Shown here in pieces: positions 52,644-64,000 of a stretch of DNA of 64,000 bases. The notes beneath the pieces were generated by a model, which was not told where the DNA came from, searched no databases, and was given only the letters and a program-made list of their open reading frames with translations. The stretch's first letter is position 1. Each line of letters opens with the position of its first letter. Both the position numbers and the translations under genes were made by a program. The stretch is from contig JBFWVI010000003.1 in NCBI GenBank assembly GCA_050246815.1, positions 32,001-96,000 of the forward strand, written 5' to 3'. This stretch comes from Bdellovibrionales bacterium (GTDB lineage Bacteria > Bdellovibrionota > Bdellovibrionia > Bdellovibrionales > UBA1609).

Positions 52644-53420
52644 ATGGCGGGGAATGAAGGTTTAAGACAGCAGCTGACGAACTATTTTGCCCAGATGAGG
52701 CAAAAAAATCCGGGCTATTCGCTGCGTGCCATGGCCCGTGTTTTCAAAACCAGTCCCGCGCAGCTCTCACAGGTTCTTTCGGGTAAGCGGCCGATGAGTC
52801 GCAAATTCGTTTTAAGTGTCTCGGACAGACTGGGCCTGTCGCCCCTTGAAACCAAAGAGGCACTTGAATCACAATGCCCCTCACCTAGATCAAAAATTAG
52901 CTTTGAATCGATTGCCGAAGATCAGTTCAAACTGATCGCGGACTGGCATCACTTTGCGATTTTAAGTTTAGGTGAAACTGCCGACGCAAAAGCGGACCCA
53001 AAGTGGATTTCAAAGCGATTGGGCTTGGACTATTACGTCGTCCGCGAAGCGCTAACCAGGCTTCAAAAGCTTGGGATTATTGAAATCAAAAACGGGCGTT
53101 ACCGGCAAATCACAAAACCGATCCACACCACTCAAGACATCCCGAGTGCGGCCATTCGTAAAAATCATCGGCAAAACTTGGCTCTGGCCAGTGAAAAATT
53201 GGAACAAGTCGATGTGGCCGACCGCGAGTTCACATCGATGACGATGGCCATCAGCCGAAAAAAAATAGATTTGGCGAAAAAGATGATCAGAAAATTCAAA
53301 ACCGAAATGTATGAATTTTTGCAGGCAGGAGCAAAAGAAGAGGTTTACACTTTGGCGATCCAGCTCTTCCCCGTCTCAAAAATTGAACAAGAACAAGAAT
53401 CCCAAGGAGGGAAAAAATGA
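52644..53420 (+). CDS. TIGR02147/DUF4423-family HTH protein
   Basis: KNPGYSLRAMAR..SPAQLSQVLSGKR HTH; WHHFAIL, WISKRLG, AIRKNH, EVYTLAIQLFP. Confidence 0.85.
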   Translation: MAGNEGLRQQLTNYFAQMRQKNPGYSLRAMARVFKTSPAQLSQVLSGKRPMSRKFVLSVSDRLGLSPLETKEALESQCPSPRSKISFESIAEDQFKLIADWHHFAILSLGETADAKADPKWISKRLGLDYYVVREALTRLQKLGIIEIKNGRYRQITKPIHTTQDIPSAAIRKNHRQNLALASEKLEQVDVADREFTSMTMAISRKKIDLAKKMIRKFKTEMYEFLQAGAKEEVYTLAIQLFPVSKIEQEQESQGGKK

Positions 53421-54535
53421 AATACACGATGTTGGTCATTTTAACATTTTTGTCTTGGCCAAGCTTTGCCAATGGTGTGGGGAATGGCGGCGATGAGCTG
53501 AGGTTTTTGTTCCAGGAGGGGCGTGGCCACGCCATTCACAAAATCGCTGCTTTGAAAAGATGCTCATTCGAAGCCGCAGAGTCAGAAGAGCTGGTCGATT
53601 GGATTTTGCAAAGAAAGTACGTCTTGATGGCCGACGTTGAAAATTCACCGCACGAGTGGATCACAGACGCACAGTCCACATGCGCCTTTACGCAAACTAA
53701 ATCACAACACCCGATCACGCTGTCTTTTGAGGCGTGCAAGAATATTTTGACCAAAGAACAGGCCGGGCGACTATTGATCCATGAATCGGTCCATCATATG
53801 GGTGTGAGCTCCGAAAGTTTTGCCGACGAAGTCGCCTACGCCATCTATGGCGCGTCCAATCGTGATGTTTGCCCTGAACCCACGGATGACCCCTTTGAGT
53901 CGTCAAGTTGCACGGGTTCGCCAATGTCAGAAGAGGCGGCCCTGGCCTATATCCCACGGGGAGAGATTGAGTCTGCTGAGATCGCGGCCATGTCGATGCA
54001 TTCCCGATATCGGGTTTGCCAAGCGCAAACGGGCTGCACGGCTTGGCGTGAGGGTGCTGAATTTGGTTTTCTGTACCCGGTGACGTCATGCACCGGCTGC
54101 GGCAACGATCCGCAAACGGGGTACCGAAACTTTATGGCCAACCAGGCGAAGTCGAAAAACACTTTAAACTTCCGAATTGGCCTGAAAGGCAAAATCATTC
54201 TAGATCTGGATCAGACGCAGCCTTCCGAATCGTGGCCGCCCACCGCGTACAGTTGGCGTTTCATCAGTCGAAGCATGGATCACAGGCGCGAAATCAGTGT
54301 CAGTGAGCATTTTTATGACGCTTATTACGGCTCAGGCCAGCTGGTGCTGGGCGGGCATAATGAATTGGGAGAATACAGATCCTCAAGCGAGCGCAACAAA
54401 CAATATCTGGCGCCACTGCGGGGCAAGCTGACCGATCATTGCCTTCGCCTGACCACATCAAACCGGGTTCAATTGCCCGACGGAAGATGGGTTGAAAATC
54501 AGGGTGTCTTGTTCTCGCGCTTTGAAGGAAAATAA
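53417..54535 (+). CDS. Secreted protein with HExxH zinc-metallopeptidase-like motif and Cys-rich C-domain
   Basis: Signal peptide ending SFA, NGVGNGGD, LLIHESVHH; ATGA overlap with upstream gene. Confidence 0.75.
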   Translation: MKYTMLVILTFLSWPSFANGVGNGGDELRFLFQEGRGHAIHKIAALKRCSFEAAESEELVDWILQRKYVLMADVENSPHEWITDAQSTCAFTQTKSQHPITLSFEACKNILTKEQAGRLLIHESVHHMGVSSESFADEVAYAIYGASNRDVCPEPTDDPFESSSCTGSPMSEEAALAYIPRGEIESAEIAAMSMHSRYRVCQAQTGCTAWREGAEFGFLYPVTSCTGCGNDPQTGYRNFMANQAKSKNTLNFRIGLKGKIILDLDQTQPSESWPPTAYSWRFISRSMDHRREISVSEHFYDAYYGSGQLVLGGHNELGEYRSSSERNKQYLAPLRGKLTDHCLRLTTSNRVQLPDGRWVENQGVLFSRFEGK

Positions 54536-54549
54536 GAAGCTGCAGGCAT

Positions 54550-56061
54550 TTAACCTGCGGACTTTGATTTTTTCAGATTCTCAGAGATTTTCGATGGCGC
54601 GTGCGAGGCCGGCTTTAGGCGCGCGCGCAGGCGTTCAGGCAAATACTCGCTGGTGCCGGGGGGCAAGTGCAAAACGAATCCGCGCGGCAAAGAAATTTGG
54701 CGGATGTATTTGCGGTTTAAATCTAAATTTTGCTCGAGCAGCTTTGTCATGTTCAGGTTGCCCTGGTCGGCCAGGTGTTTCAGGCGCAAACCACCTTGGG
54801 TGATAGTAAAGCGCTCGTGCGGCAAAGCGGGTTCGCGCGCGACAGACGGAAAAGCCACTTCGGAGTAGCGTTCGGCATACAAGGCGGCCAAAAAACAAGC
54901 ATAGAAGTTCGAAGAGGCAAATTTAAAATCCCCGCGATGGTAGCGGTCAATGATCGTGGGCAAGTCGCGTGAGCGGGCGGCTCGAATGGCTTTTTCGATG
55001 TTGCCGATGCCGTGGTTGTAAGCGGTCACCGCCAACGGCCAGCTGCCTAGGGCGTGACGGTAGCTGCGCAGCAGGCGTGCCGCCATATCGGTGGCTTTCA
55101 ACGGAGAATTCCGTTCATCAATTGCTTCGCTAACAATGCCATAGGCGCGGCCAGTGGCGGGCATCACTTGCCAGATGCCACTAGCGCCCACCTTGCTTTC
55201 GGCGCGCTCATTGAAGCTGCTTTCAACAAAGGGCATGCGCGTGAGATCCAAGGGTAGTCCGGCGTTGAAAAAAGTCTCTTCCATATAAGGAAGATAACGG
55301 CTGCTGCGGCGAAGACCTGAGATAAAGAAGTCTTTTTGGCCCAACTGCGTGCGCAGCATACCCGCAGCCGTGCGGTAAACTTTTTTGCGTGAACCGGGCA
55401 CAACTTTTAAAACTTCAACCAGATGACGTTCAAGGTCGTTTTTGCGGCGGCCGGGGTTTGCGGCCAAGCGAGCCAAGGCGGCACGAATGTCGCGTGCTCG
55501 TTTTTTTGCATATTTGTTGGCGCGATCGATACGCAACCACTCTGGGCCCTTGCCGGTTTGGATTGCCTCACTGAAGTCTAAAATCTCGTAGGTGATCCAG
55601 GGATAAAGAGTATGGTGAATCACGTGAGTGGTGCGGCCGTGCCGAGTGTAAATATCAAACCAAAATTGCACGCGTTCGCGCATCCCTTCGGGAATATTGA
55701 ATTCATCATTCACGCGGTTCATGGGGTCATCTAAAAGCTCATTGTGAGTCAGGCGTTCCAGACGTTCGGATTCACCCAAAACCGGGGCTGAAGGCAATGC
55801 GGCCGGTAAATCAGCCAAATCTTGGCCTTTATCAAGCTGTGGGGTTGGTAAAAAACTGCTGGGCTTTCGATTGGTCCACTTTTGCCAAATATTGACGGCG
55901 GTGACCATCTTGGCCTGATAGGGCTTTAAGTCCAAAGTGGACCAATTGGCGGCAAAGGAGCCACCAAAAGCCAAAAAGCAAAGCAAAAACAAAGACTTGG
56001 TTCGATAAAGCCCACCAGCCCGGTTTTTTTCAGGTTTTGCGGTCCACCCACGAAATAGCAT
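54550..56061 (-). CDS. Lytic transglycosylase (SLT/MltD-like)
   Basis: PFVESSFN (catalytic Glu), GASGIWQ, DERNSP, AYNHG; possible degenerate C-terminal LysM. Confidence 0.88.
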   Translation of the reverse strand: MLFRGWTAKPEKNRAGGLYRTKSLFLLCFLAFGGSFAANWSTLDLKPYQAKMVTAVNIWQKWTNRKPSSFLPTPQLDKGQDLADLPAALPSAPVLGESERLERLTHNELLDDPMNRVNDEFNIPEGMRERVQFWFDIYTRHGRTTHVIHHTLYPWITYEILDFSEAIQTGKGPEWLRIDRANKYAKKRARDIRAALARLAANPGRRKNDLERHLVEVLKVVPGSRKKVYRTAAGMLRTQLGQKDFFISGLRRSSRYLPYMEETFFNAGLPLDLTRMPFVESSFNERAESKVGASGIWQVMPATGRAYGIVSEAIDERNSPLKATDMAARLLRSYRHALGSWPLAVTAYNHGIGNIEKAIRAARSRDLPTIIDRYHRGDFKFASSNFYACFLAALYAERYSEVAFPSVAREPALPHERFTITQGGLRLKHLADQGNLNMTKLLEQNLDLNRKYIRQISLPRGFVLHLPPGTSEYLPERLRARLKPASHAPSKISENLKKSKSAG

Positions 56062-56196
56062 ACCTTCCTCTAGAGCAAATTGAGTGCCGCCGCGTCATTG
56101 TAAAAATTAAGTAGTTACAGGCACTTATGATAAGATCAAATTAAGACATCGGGGCATGCTCTAGACAGCAGTTGTGGTGTTCGACACCTCAAAAGG

Positions 56197-57702
56197 ATGC
56201 GTCTCAAAATGGGAGAAGTTTTTAGCGAAAATCTGGCGGGTTTGGCCAACTTCGCGAACGCTAAGTTCACGGCGATCATCAGCGATTTGCATCTTTGCGA
56301 AGAGGAACCCGTCCATCATGATCACCCACTGTGGAAGAAGTATAAAAGTCGACAGTTTTTTTTCGACCAGGAGTTTGAGGAGTTTCTTAAACACGTGCGC
56401 GAGCGAGCCAAAGGTGAGCCCGTTGAGCTGATTTTAAACGGCGATATCTTTGACTTCGATAGTGTGACCACTTTACCCGAGTTGCCACCCTATCGTTTGA
56501 GCTGGCTTGAGCGTCGACGCGGCCTGCATCCACAAAAAGAGAAATCGGAATTTAAAATTCAAAGAATTTTGCAACATCACGAACAATGGGTGCGGGCCTT
56601 GAGCCAATTTGTGCAAGAGGGCAACCGGGTGATCTTCATCATCGGAAACCATGATTTAGAGCTGCATTTTCACAGGGTTCAAGAGGCGATTGTTGAAGCC
56701 CTGAACTTGACCGAAGACGCCAAACAACGAGTCCGTTTCAATGAGTGGTTTTACATCTCGAATGGCGACACTCTGATCGAACATGGTAATCAGTACGATC
56801 CCTATTGTATGGCCCAAGACCCCGTGAACCCCTATGTCCTGCGTTTTAATCGTATTGAAGTCAGAGTGCCGTTTGGCAATTTGGCGACCCGCTATTTGAT
56901 TAACGGCATGGGCTTTTTTAATCCCCACGTCGACACAAATTATTTAATGAGCGCGAAAGAGTATGTGCGATTTTTCTTTCGTTACATGATCCGCGCCCAA
57001 CCGCTCTTAATGGTGGATTGGTTTTGGGGTTCGACTGTGACTCTGGTGCAGTCTTTTGTGGACCGCTTGCGGCCGTCGCTTCGTGATCCCTTGACCATCG
57101 AAGATCGCGTGCAGTGGATCGCGGCCAAGGCCAATGCCACGCCGCGAATGGTGCGTGAGCTGCAGGAGCTTTTTGTTGCGCCGGCCTCGAGTTACCCGAC
57201 AATCATTGCCAAGGAGCTTTGGTTGGATCGGGCTTTTTTAGTGGTGGCGTTCTTACTGTTGATGATGCAGCTGATGCTTTTTTTGGCGACTATGGAGAAT
57301 AAATTCATGTGGTGGGTGATTTTGCCCATTGTACCGCTACTTTTTTTCGTGCCCTTTTTTATTTTTTACTCACGCACAGTGGCTTCGTTGGTGGTGGAAT
57401 CCAAAGAGCCCAAAGAAGAGATTTTGGCGATGGCCGGTCAGATCACCAAAACCAATCGTATTGTTTATGGCCATACCCACATCATGCGACATGAAGTCAT
57501 TGGTCCTATCGAGCACCTGAACAGCGGCACATGGTCCCCGGCATTTGCGGATGTGGAGTGCGAGAAGCCGGTGGGCCTTAAAACGTTTGTTTGGCTTGAG
57601 CCGACCAATGACGGAGGGCGGCACGCGCTGCTGTTAGCCTTCCGACACAGCCGTAGCTTTGCCGCCTTTGCCGCGCCTAAACGGCACACAGTTGGCGCGT
57701 GA
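56197..57702 (+). CDS. Calcineurin-like metallophosphoesterase with membrane hairpin
   Basis: SDLH, GDIFD, GNHD, EHGN, GHTH, NSGTW; two TM helices near the C-terminus. Confidence 0.85.
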   Translation: MRLKMGEVFSENLAGLANFANAKFTAIISDLHLCEEEPVHHDHPLWKKYKSRQFFFDQEFEEFLKHVRERAKGEPVELILNGDIFDFDSVTTLPELPPYRLSWLERRRGLHPQKEKSEFKIQRILQHHEQWVRALSQFVQEGNRVIFIIGNHDLELHFHRVQEAIVEALNLTEDAKQRVRFNEWFYISNGDTLIEHGNQYDPYCMAQDPVNPYVLRFNRIEVRVPFGNLATRYLINGMGFFNPHVDTNYLMSAKEYVRFFFRYMIRAQPLLMVDWFWGSTVTLVQSFVDRLRPSLRDPLTIEDRVQWIAAKANATPRMVRELQELFVAPASSYPTIIAKELWLDRAFLVVAFLLLMMQLMLFLATMENKFMWWVILPIVPLLFFVPFFIFYSRTVASLVVESKEPKEEILAMAGQITKTNRIVYGHTHIMRHEVIGPIEHLNSGTWSPAFADVECEKPVGLKTFVWLEPTNDGGRHALLLAFRHSRSFAAFAAPKRHTVGA

Positions 57703-57737
57703 AGCGGCGCACCGTTTTGTGCAAATCTCAGATCCCC

Positions 57738-57774
57738 TATAATTAATCTGGACAAGCATGGGTGGTATAATTAA
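57738..57774 (+). promoter_or_regulatory. Tandem sigma70 -10 elements upstream of histone gene
   Basis: TATAATTAA at 57738 and 57766; second is extended TGnTATAAT; GGAGG RBS at 57799. Confidence 0.55.
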
Positions 57775-57807
57775 ACCTCGGTACTAGGGACTTCTTGTGG
57801 AGGACAA

Positions 57808-58002
57808 ATGTCTGACGTTCTGGTTGTAACTAGCAAAGTTAAAAAGTTTATTAAAGAAAAAGGTGGCTGCAACACTTCTGCCGAGACCGTTGACGTTTTG
57901 AGCAAGGCTGTTGAAGCTCTTTGCCAAAAGGGCGTTGAAAGCGCCAAGGCCGATGGTCGCAAGACTGTCATGGCACGCGATATCGTCATCGACCATCTGT
58001 AG
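57808..58002 (+). CDS. Bacterial histone (histone-fold singlet, Bd0055/HBb-like)
   Basis: 64 aa MSDVLVVTSKVKKFIKEK...AKADGRKTVMARDI; RKTV..RD histone-fold signature. Confidence 0.9.
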   Translation: MSDVLVVTSKVKKFIKEKGGCNTSAETVDVLSKAVEALCQKGVESAKADGRKTVMARDIVIDHL

Positions 58003-58032
58003 TCGTCGAAGCGGTCTTAAATTTTGAATTTT

Positions 58033-58061
58033 AAATGGGATCGCTCGATCCCATTTTTTTT
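58033..58061 (+). terminator. Intrinsic terminator after histone gene
   Basis: AAATGGGATCG-CT-CGATCCCATTT + T tract. Confidence 0.8.
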
Positions 58062-58069
58062 AAAGCGGC

Positions 58070-60545
<2,476 letters not shown>

Positions 60546-60546
60546 A

Positions 60547-62025
60547 ATGAGCGACATGTTTTTTTCTTCTCTCATTGAAATGCGCGACAAGGTTCGTCGA
60601 AGAGAAATCAGCGCGAAGGCTTTGACCGAAGCCCATTTAAGCCGCAGTCGCGATTTGAACCCAAAGCTGAATGCCTACACCACCTTCAACGAAAAGGCTG
60701 TTCAGGCGGCCGAAAAAATCGATCAGATGATTCAAGCGGGCAAGGATCCGGGCCCGCTGGCCGGTGTGCCGTTCTCGATCAAGGACATGCTTTGCACCAC
60801 GGGGCTACGTACGACGGCAGGCTCGAAAATGCTGCACAATTTTGTGCCGCCCTATTCAGCCACAGTGGTCGAGCGTTTAGAAAATGCCGGCGCCGTGGTG
60901 ATCGGTAAAGCCAATCAAGATGAGTTTGCAATGGGCTCGAGCAACGAGTCTTCGTACTTTGGTGCTGTAAAAAATCCGTGGAGCCTGCAACATGTCCCAG
61001 GCGGTTCAAGCGGTGGTTCGGCCGCCGCGGTTTCAGCAGGGCTGGCCGCCGCCTCAATTGGCACCGATACGGGCGGTTCGATTCGCCAGCCGGCGAACTT
61101 CTGCGGCATTGTGGGGGTGAAACCCACTTACGGTCGGGTGAGCCGCTACGGAATTGTCGCGTTTGCTTCGAGCTTAGATCAAGCTGGGCCAATGACCCGC
61201 ACGGTGGCCGATTCGGCCCAGATCATGGAAGTGATTTGTGGCTTGGATGAGCGCGATTCCACCACGGCCAATCAGCCTGTGCCCGCTTGGTCGAAACAAT
61301 TAAGCAACAATTTGAAGGGTCTTAAAGTTGGCTTGCCAAAGGAGTATTTTTCAGACGAGGTCAGCGCCGACACCCGTAAAGTGGTCGAACAAGCGCTTAA
61401 AATCGTGAAAGATGCAGGGGCCACCACGGTGGAAGTCTCGATTCCTCTGACCTCTTACGGTGTGCCAATTTATTATTTGATTGCGACCTCTGAAGCCTCT
61501 TCGAATTTAGCCCGCTACGATGGTGTGCGCTTTGGCCATCGTGCTGACTTTTCAAAACGGGCGGCCTCGGATTTAGAAGAATTTTATTCGCGTTCGCGTG
61601 GAGAAGGTTTTGGTGCCGAAGTTAAACGACGTATCATGCTGGGGACCTATGCGCTTTCAAGCGGCTATTACGATGCGTTTTATCGCAAGGCGGGCCAAGT
61701 GCGCCGTTTGTTGCGCGATCAGTTTTTGCAGGCCTTCCGCCAGTGCGATGTGCTGTTGACGCCGGTGACCACATCGCCCGCATTTAAAATTGGCGAGCGC
61801 TCATCGAATCCGCTGCAAATGTATTTGAATGATATCTACACGACTTCGACCAATCTGGTGGGCATTCCTGGCATGAGTGTGCCGGGTGGATTTTCAAGTG
61901 AGGGGTTGCCGATTGGCGTGCAGCTGTCGGCCGCGCATTTCCAAGAGGACAAAATGTTGAACGTTGGATTCACCATCGAGCAAGCCCTGAATTTAACCAA
62001 GAAGGTGCCCCATGGCATTCAATGA
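60547..62025 (+). CDS. gatA: Asp/Glu-tRNA amidotransferase subunit A
   Basis: KD, GGSSGGS, GTDTGGSIRQP, EVKRRIMLGTY. Confidence 0.97.
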   Translation: MSDMFFSSLIEMRDKVRRREISAKALTEAHLSRSRDLNPKLNAYTTFNEKAVQAAEKIDQMIQAGKDPGPLAGVPFSIKDMLCTTGLRTTAGSKMLHNFVPPYSATVVERLENAGAVVIGKANQDEFAMGSSNESSYFGAVKNPWSLQHVPGGSSGGSAAAVSAGLAAASIGTDTGGSIRQPANFCGIVGVKPTYGRVSRYGIVAFASSLDQAGPMTRTVADSAQIMEVICGLDERDSTTANQPVPAWSKQLSNNLKGLKVGLPKEYFSDEVSADTRKVVEQALKIVKDAGATTVEVSIPLTSYGVPIYYLIATSEASSNLARYDGVRFGHRADFSKRAASDLEEFYSRSRGEGFGAEVKRRIMLGTYALSSGYYDAFYRKAGQVRRLLRDQFLQAFRQCDVLLTPVTTSPAFKIGERSSNPLQMYLNDIYTTSTNLVGIPGMSVPGGFSSEGLPIGVQLSAAHFQEDKMLNVGFTIEQALNLTKKVPHGIQ

Positions 62026-63445
62026 TTGGGAAGCGGTCATCGGGCTTGAAATCCACGCGCAGCTGTTGACCAAAAGTAAAATGTTTTCACCGGATTCTGC
62101 TGAATTTGGCGGCGCCGACAACGAACACACCCACCCGATCAGTCTTGGCATGCCCGGGACACTGCCCGTCGTGAATCGCGAGGCCATTGACGATTCCATT
62201 CGCACCGGCTTGGCACTGAACTGCAAAATTCGTCAAAAATCAGTGTTTGCCCGCAAAAACTATTTTTATCCTGACCTGCCCAAAGGCTATCAAATTTCAC
62301 AATTCGATCAGCCGCTTTGCGAAGAGGGCTATGTTGAATATTTCTTAGACAATCAAATCAAGCGCGTGCGTATTGAACGGGCCCACATGGAAGAAGACGC
62401 GGGCAAATCAACTCATTCGGTGGATTTTAGTCTAATCAACTTAAATCGCGCAGGGGTGCCCTTGCTTGAAATTGTGTCAGGCCCCGATATGCGTTCGCCG
62501 GCTGAGGCTGCCGAATACGCACGAACTGTGCGCAAAATTTTGCGTTACTTGGAGGTATGTGATGGCAACCTTGAAGAGGGCTCGATGCGTTGTGATTGCA
62601 ACGTCAGCGTTCGCCGCCGAGGCGAAACCAAGTTAGGCACAAAGGTAGAGCTCAAGAACATCAACTCTTTCCGCTTTGTCGAAAAGGCGATCGAATACGA
62701 AATCCAGCGGCAAATCGACGCGATTGAAAGTGGCGAAAAGATTGTTCAAGAGACGCGGCTTTTTGATTCGACTAAAAACCGCACGTTTGCGATGCGCTCC
62801 AAAGAAGAAGCGCATGATTACCGTTACTTTCCAGATCCGGATTTGCTTCCTTTGGTGGTCAGCGATGAGTGGCTAAATGAGGCCAAAAGCAAACTACCAG
62901 AGCTACCCTTGGCCCGCGCACGCCGGTTTCAAGAATTTTACGGTCTGCCCGAATATGATTCTTTTGTGCTGACGGCGGAAAAAGAGATTGCCGAGTATTT
63001 TGAACAGGCCGCCAAAATCAGCAACAACCCGAAGGCGGCGTCCAACTGGATTATGGGCGATCTGCTGCGCGAGCTCAATGAAAGCAAAAAGCAAGTGACC
63101 GATTCGCCCATCACCAGCCAAGCGCTTGGCGAGTTGGTAAAAATGATCGATGCCAAAACCATTTCTGGCAAAATGGCGAAAGAAGTTTTTGCCGAGATGT
63201 GGAAGAGCAGCAAAGCACCCGCGGCCATCGTCAAAGAAAAAGGCATGTCGCAAATAACCGACACAGGGGCCATTGCCAAGATCGTCGACGAAGTGCTGGC
63301 GGCCAATCCTGGTCCTGTCGCCGAATATCGCGGCGGAAAAACAAAACTTCTGGGCTTTTTCGTCGGTTTGGTGATGAAGGCTTCAAAAGGACAGGCCAAC
63401 CCGGATGCAGTGAATCAGCTCTTGCAAGAGAAATTGAAGGGCTAA
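62012..63445 (+). CDS. gatB: Asp/Glu-tRNA amidotransferase subunit B
   Basis: IGLEIHAQL, RKNYFYPDLPKGYQISQ, MEEDAGK, DYRYFPDPDL. Confidence 0.97.
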   Translation: MAFNDWEAVIGLEIHAQLLTKSKMFSPDSAEFGGADNEHTHPISLGMPGTLPVVNREAIDDSIRTGLALNCKIRQKSVFARKNYFYPDLPKGYQISQFDQPLCEEGYVEYFLDNQIKRVRIERAHMEEDAGKSTHSVDFSLINLNRAGVPLLEIVSGPDMRSPAEAAEYARTVRKILRYLEVCDGNLEEGSMRCDCNVSVRRRGETKLGTKVELKNINSFRFVEKAIEYEIQRQIDAIESGEKIVQETRLFDSTKNRTFAMRSKEEAHDYRYFPDPDLLPLVVSDEWLNEAKSKLPELPLARARRFQEFYGLPEYDSFVLTAEKEIAEYFEQAAKISNNPKAASNWIMGDLLRELNESKKQVTDSPITSQALGELVKMIDAKTISGKMAKEVFAEMWKSSKAPAAIVKEKGMSQITDTGAIAKIVDEVLAANPGPVAEYRGGKTKLLGFFVGLVMKASKGQANPDAVNQLLQEKLKG

Positions 63446-63449
63446 CCCG

Positions 63450-64000
63450 GTGCGAGTGGCGGCGCTGGACCTGGGCTCGAACACATTCTTGCTTTTGATC
63501 GCGGATCTTGATGGACAAAACATTAAAAAAGTTTTGCTCGACGAAACCCGCGTTACGCGTTTAGGGCAAGGCGTGCACCAGGCGCGTGAGTTTCACCCTG
63601 AAGCTTTGGCCAGAGCCGATGCCACGCTATCGGAATTCGCAAAAGCCATAGCGGAACACAAATGTGACAAAGTGGTGGCCGTGGCCACCAGCGCCGCACG
63701 CGATGTGAAAAACGGGATACGACTGATCGAAATCGGCCAACGCCATGGCATTCCGATTCAGATCATCTCGGGGCAGCAAGAAGCTGAGATCACATACGAC
63801 GGGGCCACGGCGGATTTTCCGGCAGACACGGCAGCTAGCGTGATCGATGTGGGCGGTGGTTCGACGGAAGTCATCGGGCGCTGGGGCGACAGGTTGCAGG
63901 GGTGCAGTGTGGATGTCGGTAGTGTGCGGTTGACAGAAATGTTTTTAGCACAGCACCCTTGCCGGGCCGAAGATATGCAACGGATGCAAAATTACATCAA
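63450..64000 (+). CDS. Ppx/GppA phosphatase family (partial, runs off window; not in ORF track)
   Basis: Manual translation MRVAALDLGSNTFLLLIAD...TRLGQG...ATSAARD...ISGQQEA...IDVGGGSTE. Confidence 0.9.
   Translation, partial: MRVAALDLGSNTFLLLIADLDGQNIKKVLLDETRVTRLGQGVHQAREFHPEALARADATLSEFAKAIAEHKCDKVVAVATSAARDVKNGIRLIEIGQRHGIPIQIISGQQEAEITYDGATADFPADTAASVIDVGGGSTEVIGRWGDRLQGCSVDVGSVRLTEMFLAQHPCRAEDMQRMQNYI

Noticed and set aside
56176..56188. GGTGTTCGACACC resembling a tRNA T-arm
   Set aside because: No acceptor, D or anticodon arms around it

Overview
Chromosomal origin region of a bacterium, most likely from the Bdellovibrionota (inferred from gene order, an oriC between dnaA and dnaN, a Bd0055-like histone and a TIGR02147-family gene). 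Left arm (minus strand): rpmH-rnpA-yidD-yidC-jag-mnmE-mnmG-rsmG. Right arm: dnaA-oriC-dnaN-recF-gyrB-gyrA running directly into a TPR lipoprotein and a partial ATP synthase Fo cluster (atpZ/atpI/atpB/atpE). These are followed by etfBA, three parvulin PPIases, pdxA, pgm, sdhCAB, a subtilase and secreted hypotheticals, rpsF-DUF2232-rplI, queE-fis-dnaB, ftsK, dapAB, a degenerate folK, fsa, a TIGR02147 regulator plus HExxH secreted protein, a lytic transglycosylase, a membrane metallophosphoesterase, a bacterial histone, ligA, gatCAB and a partial ppx/gppA. No rRNA, tRNA, CRISPR array or mobile element was seen. Most interesting: (1) an 80-aa orphan ORF carrying a beta-clamp-binding-like motif (QLSFDF), preceded by an extra-origin DnaA-box cluster and a sigma28-like promoter; (2) the bacterial histone with tandem TATAAT boxes; (3) a triple-half-site operator before the TIGR02147/HExxH pair; (4) an S6:S18 leader RNA retained although rpsR is absent from the operon; (5) a FolK pseudoenzyme and a GyrA Ser83-equivalent Met. 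All family assignments come from motif recognition by eye; no database searches were run.
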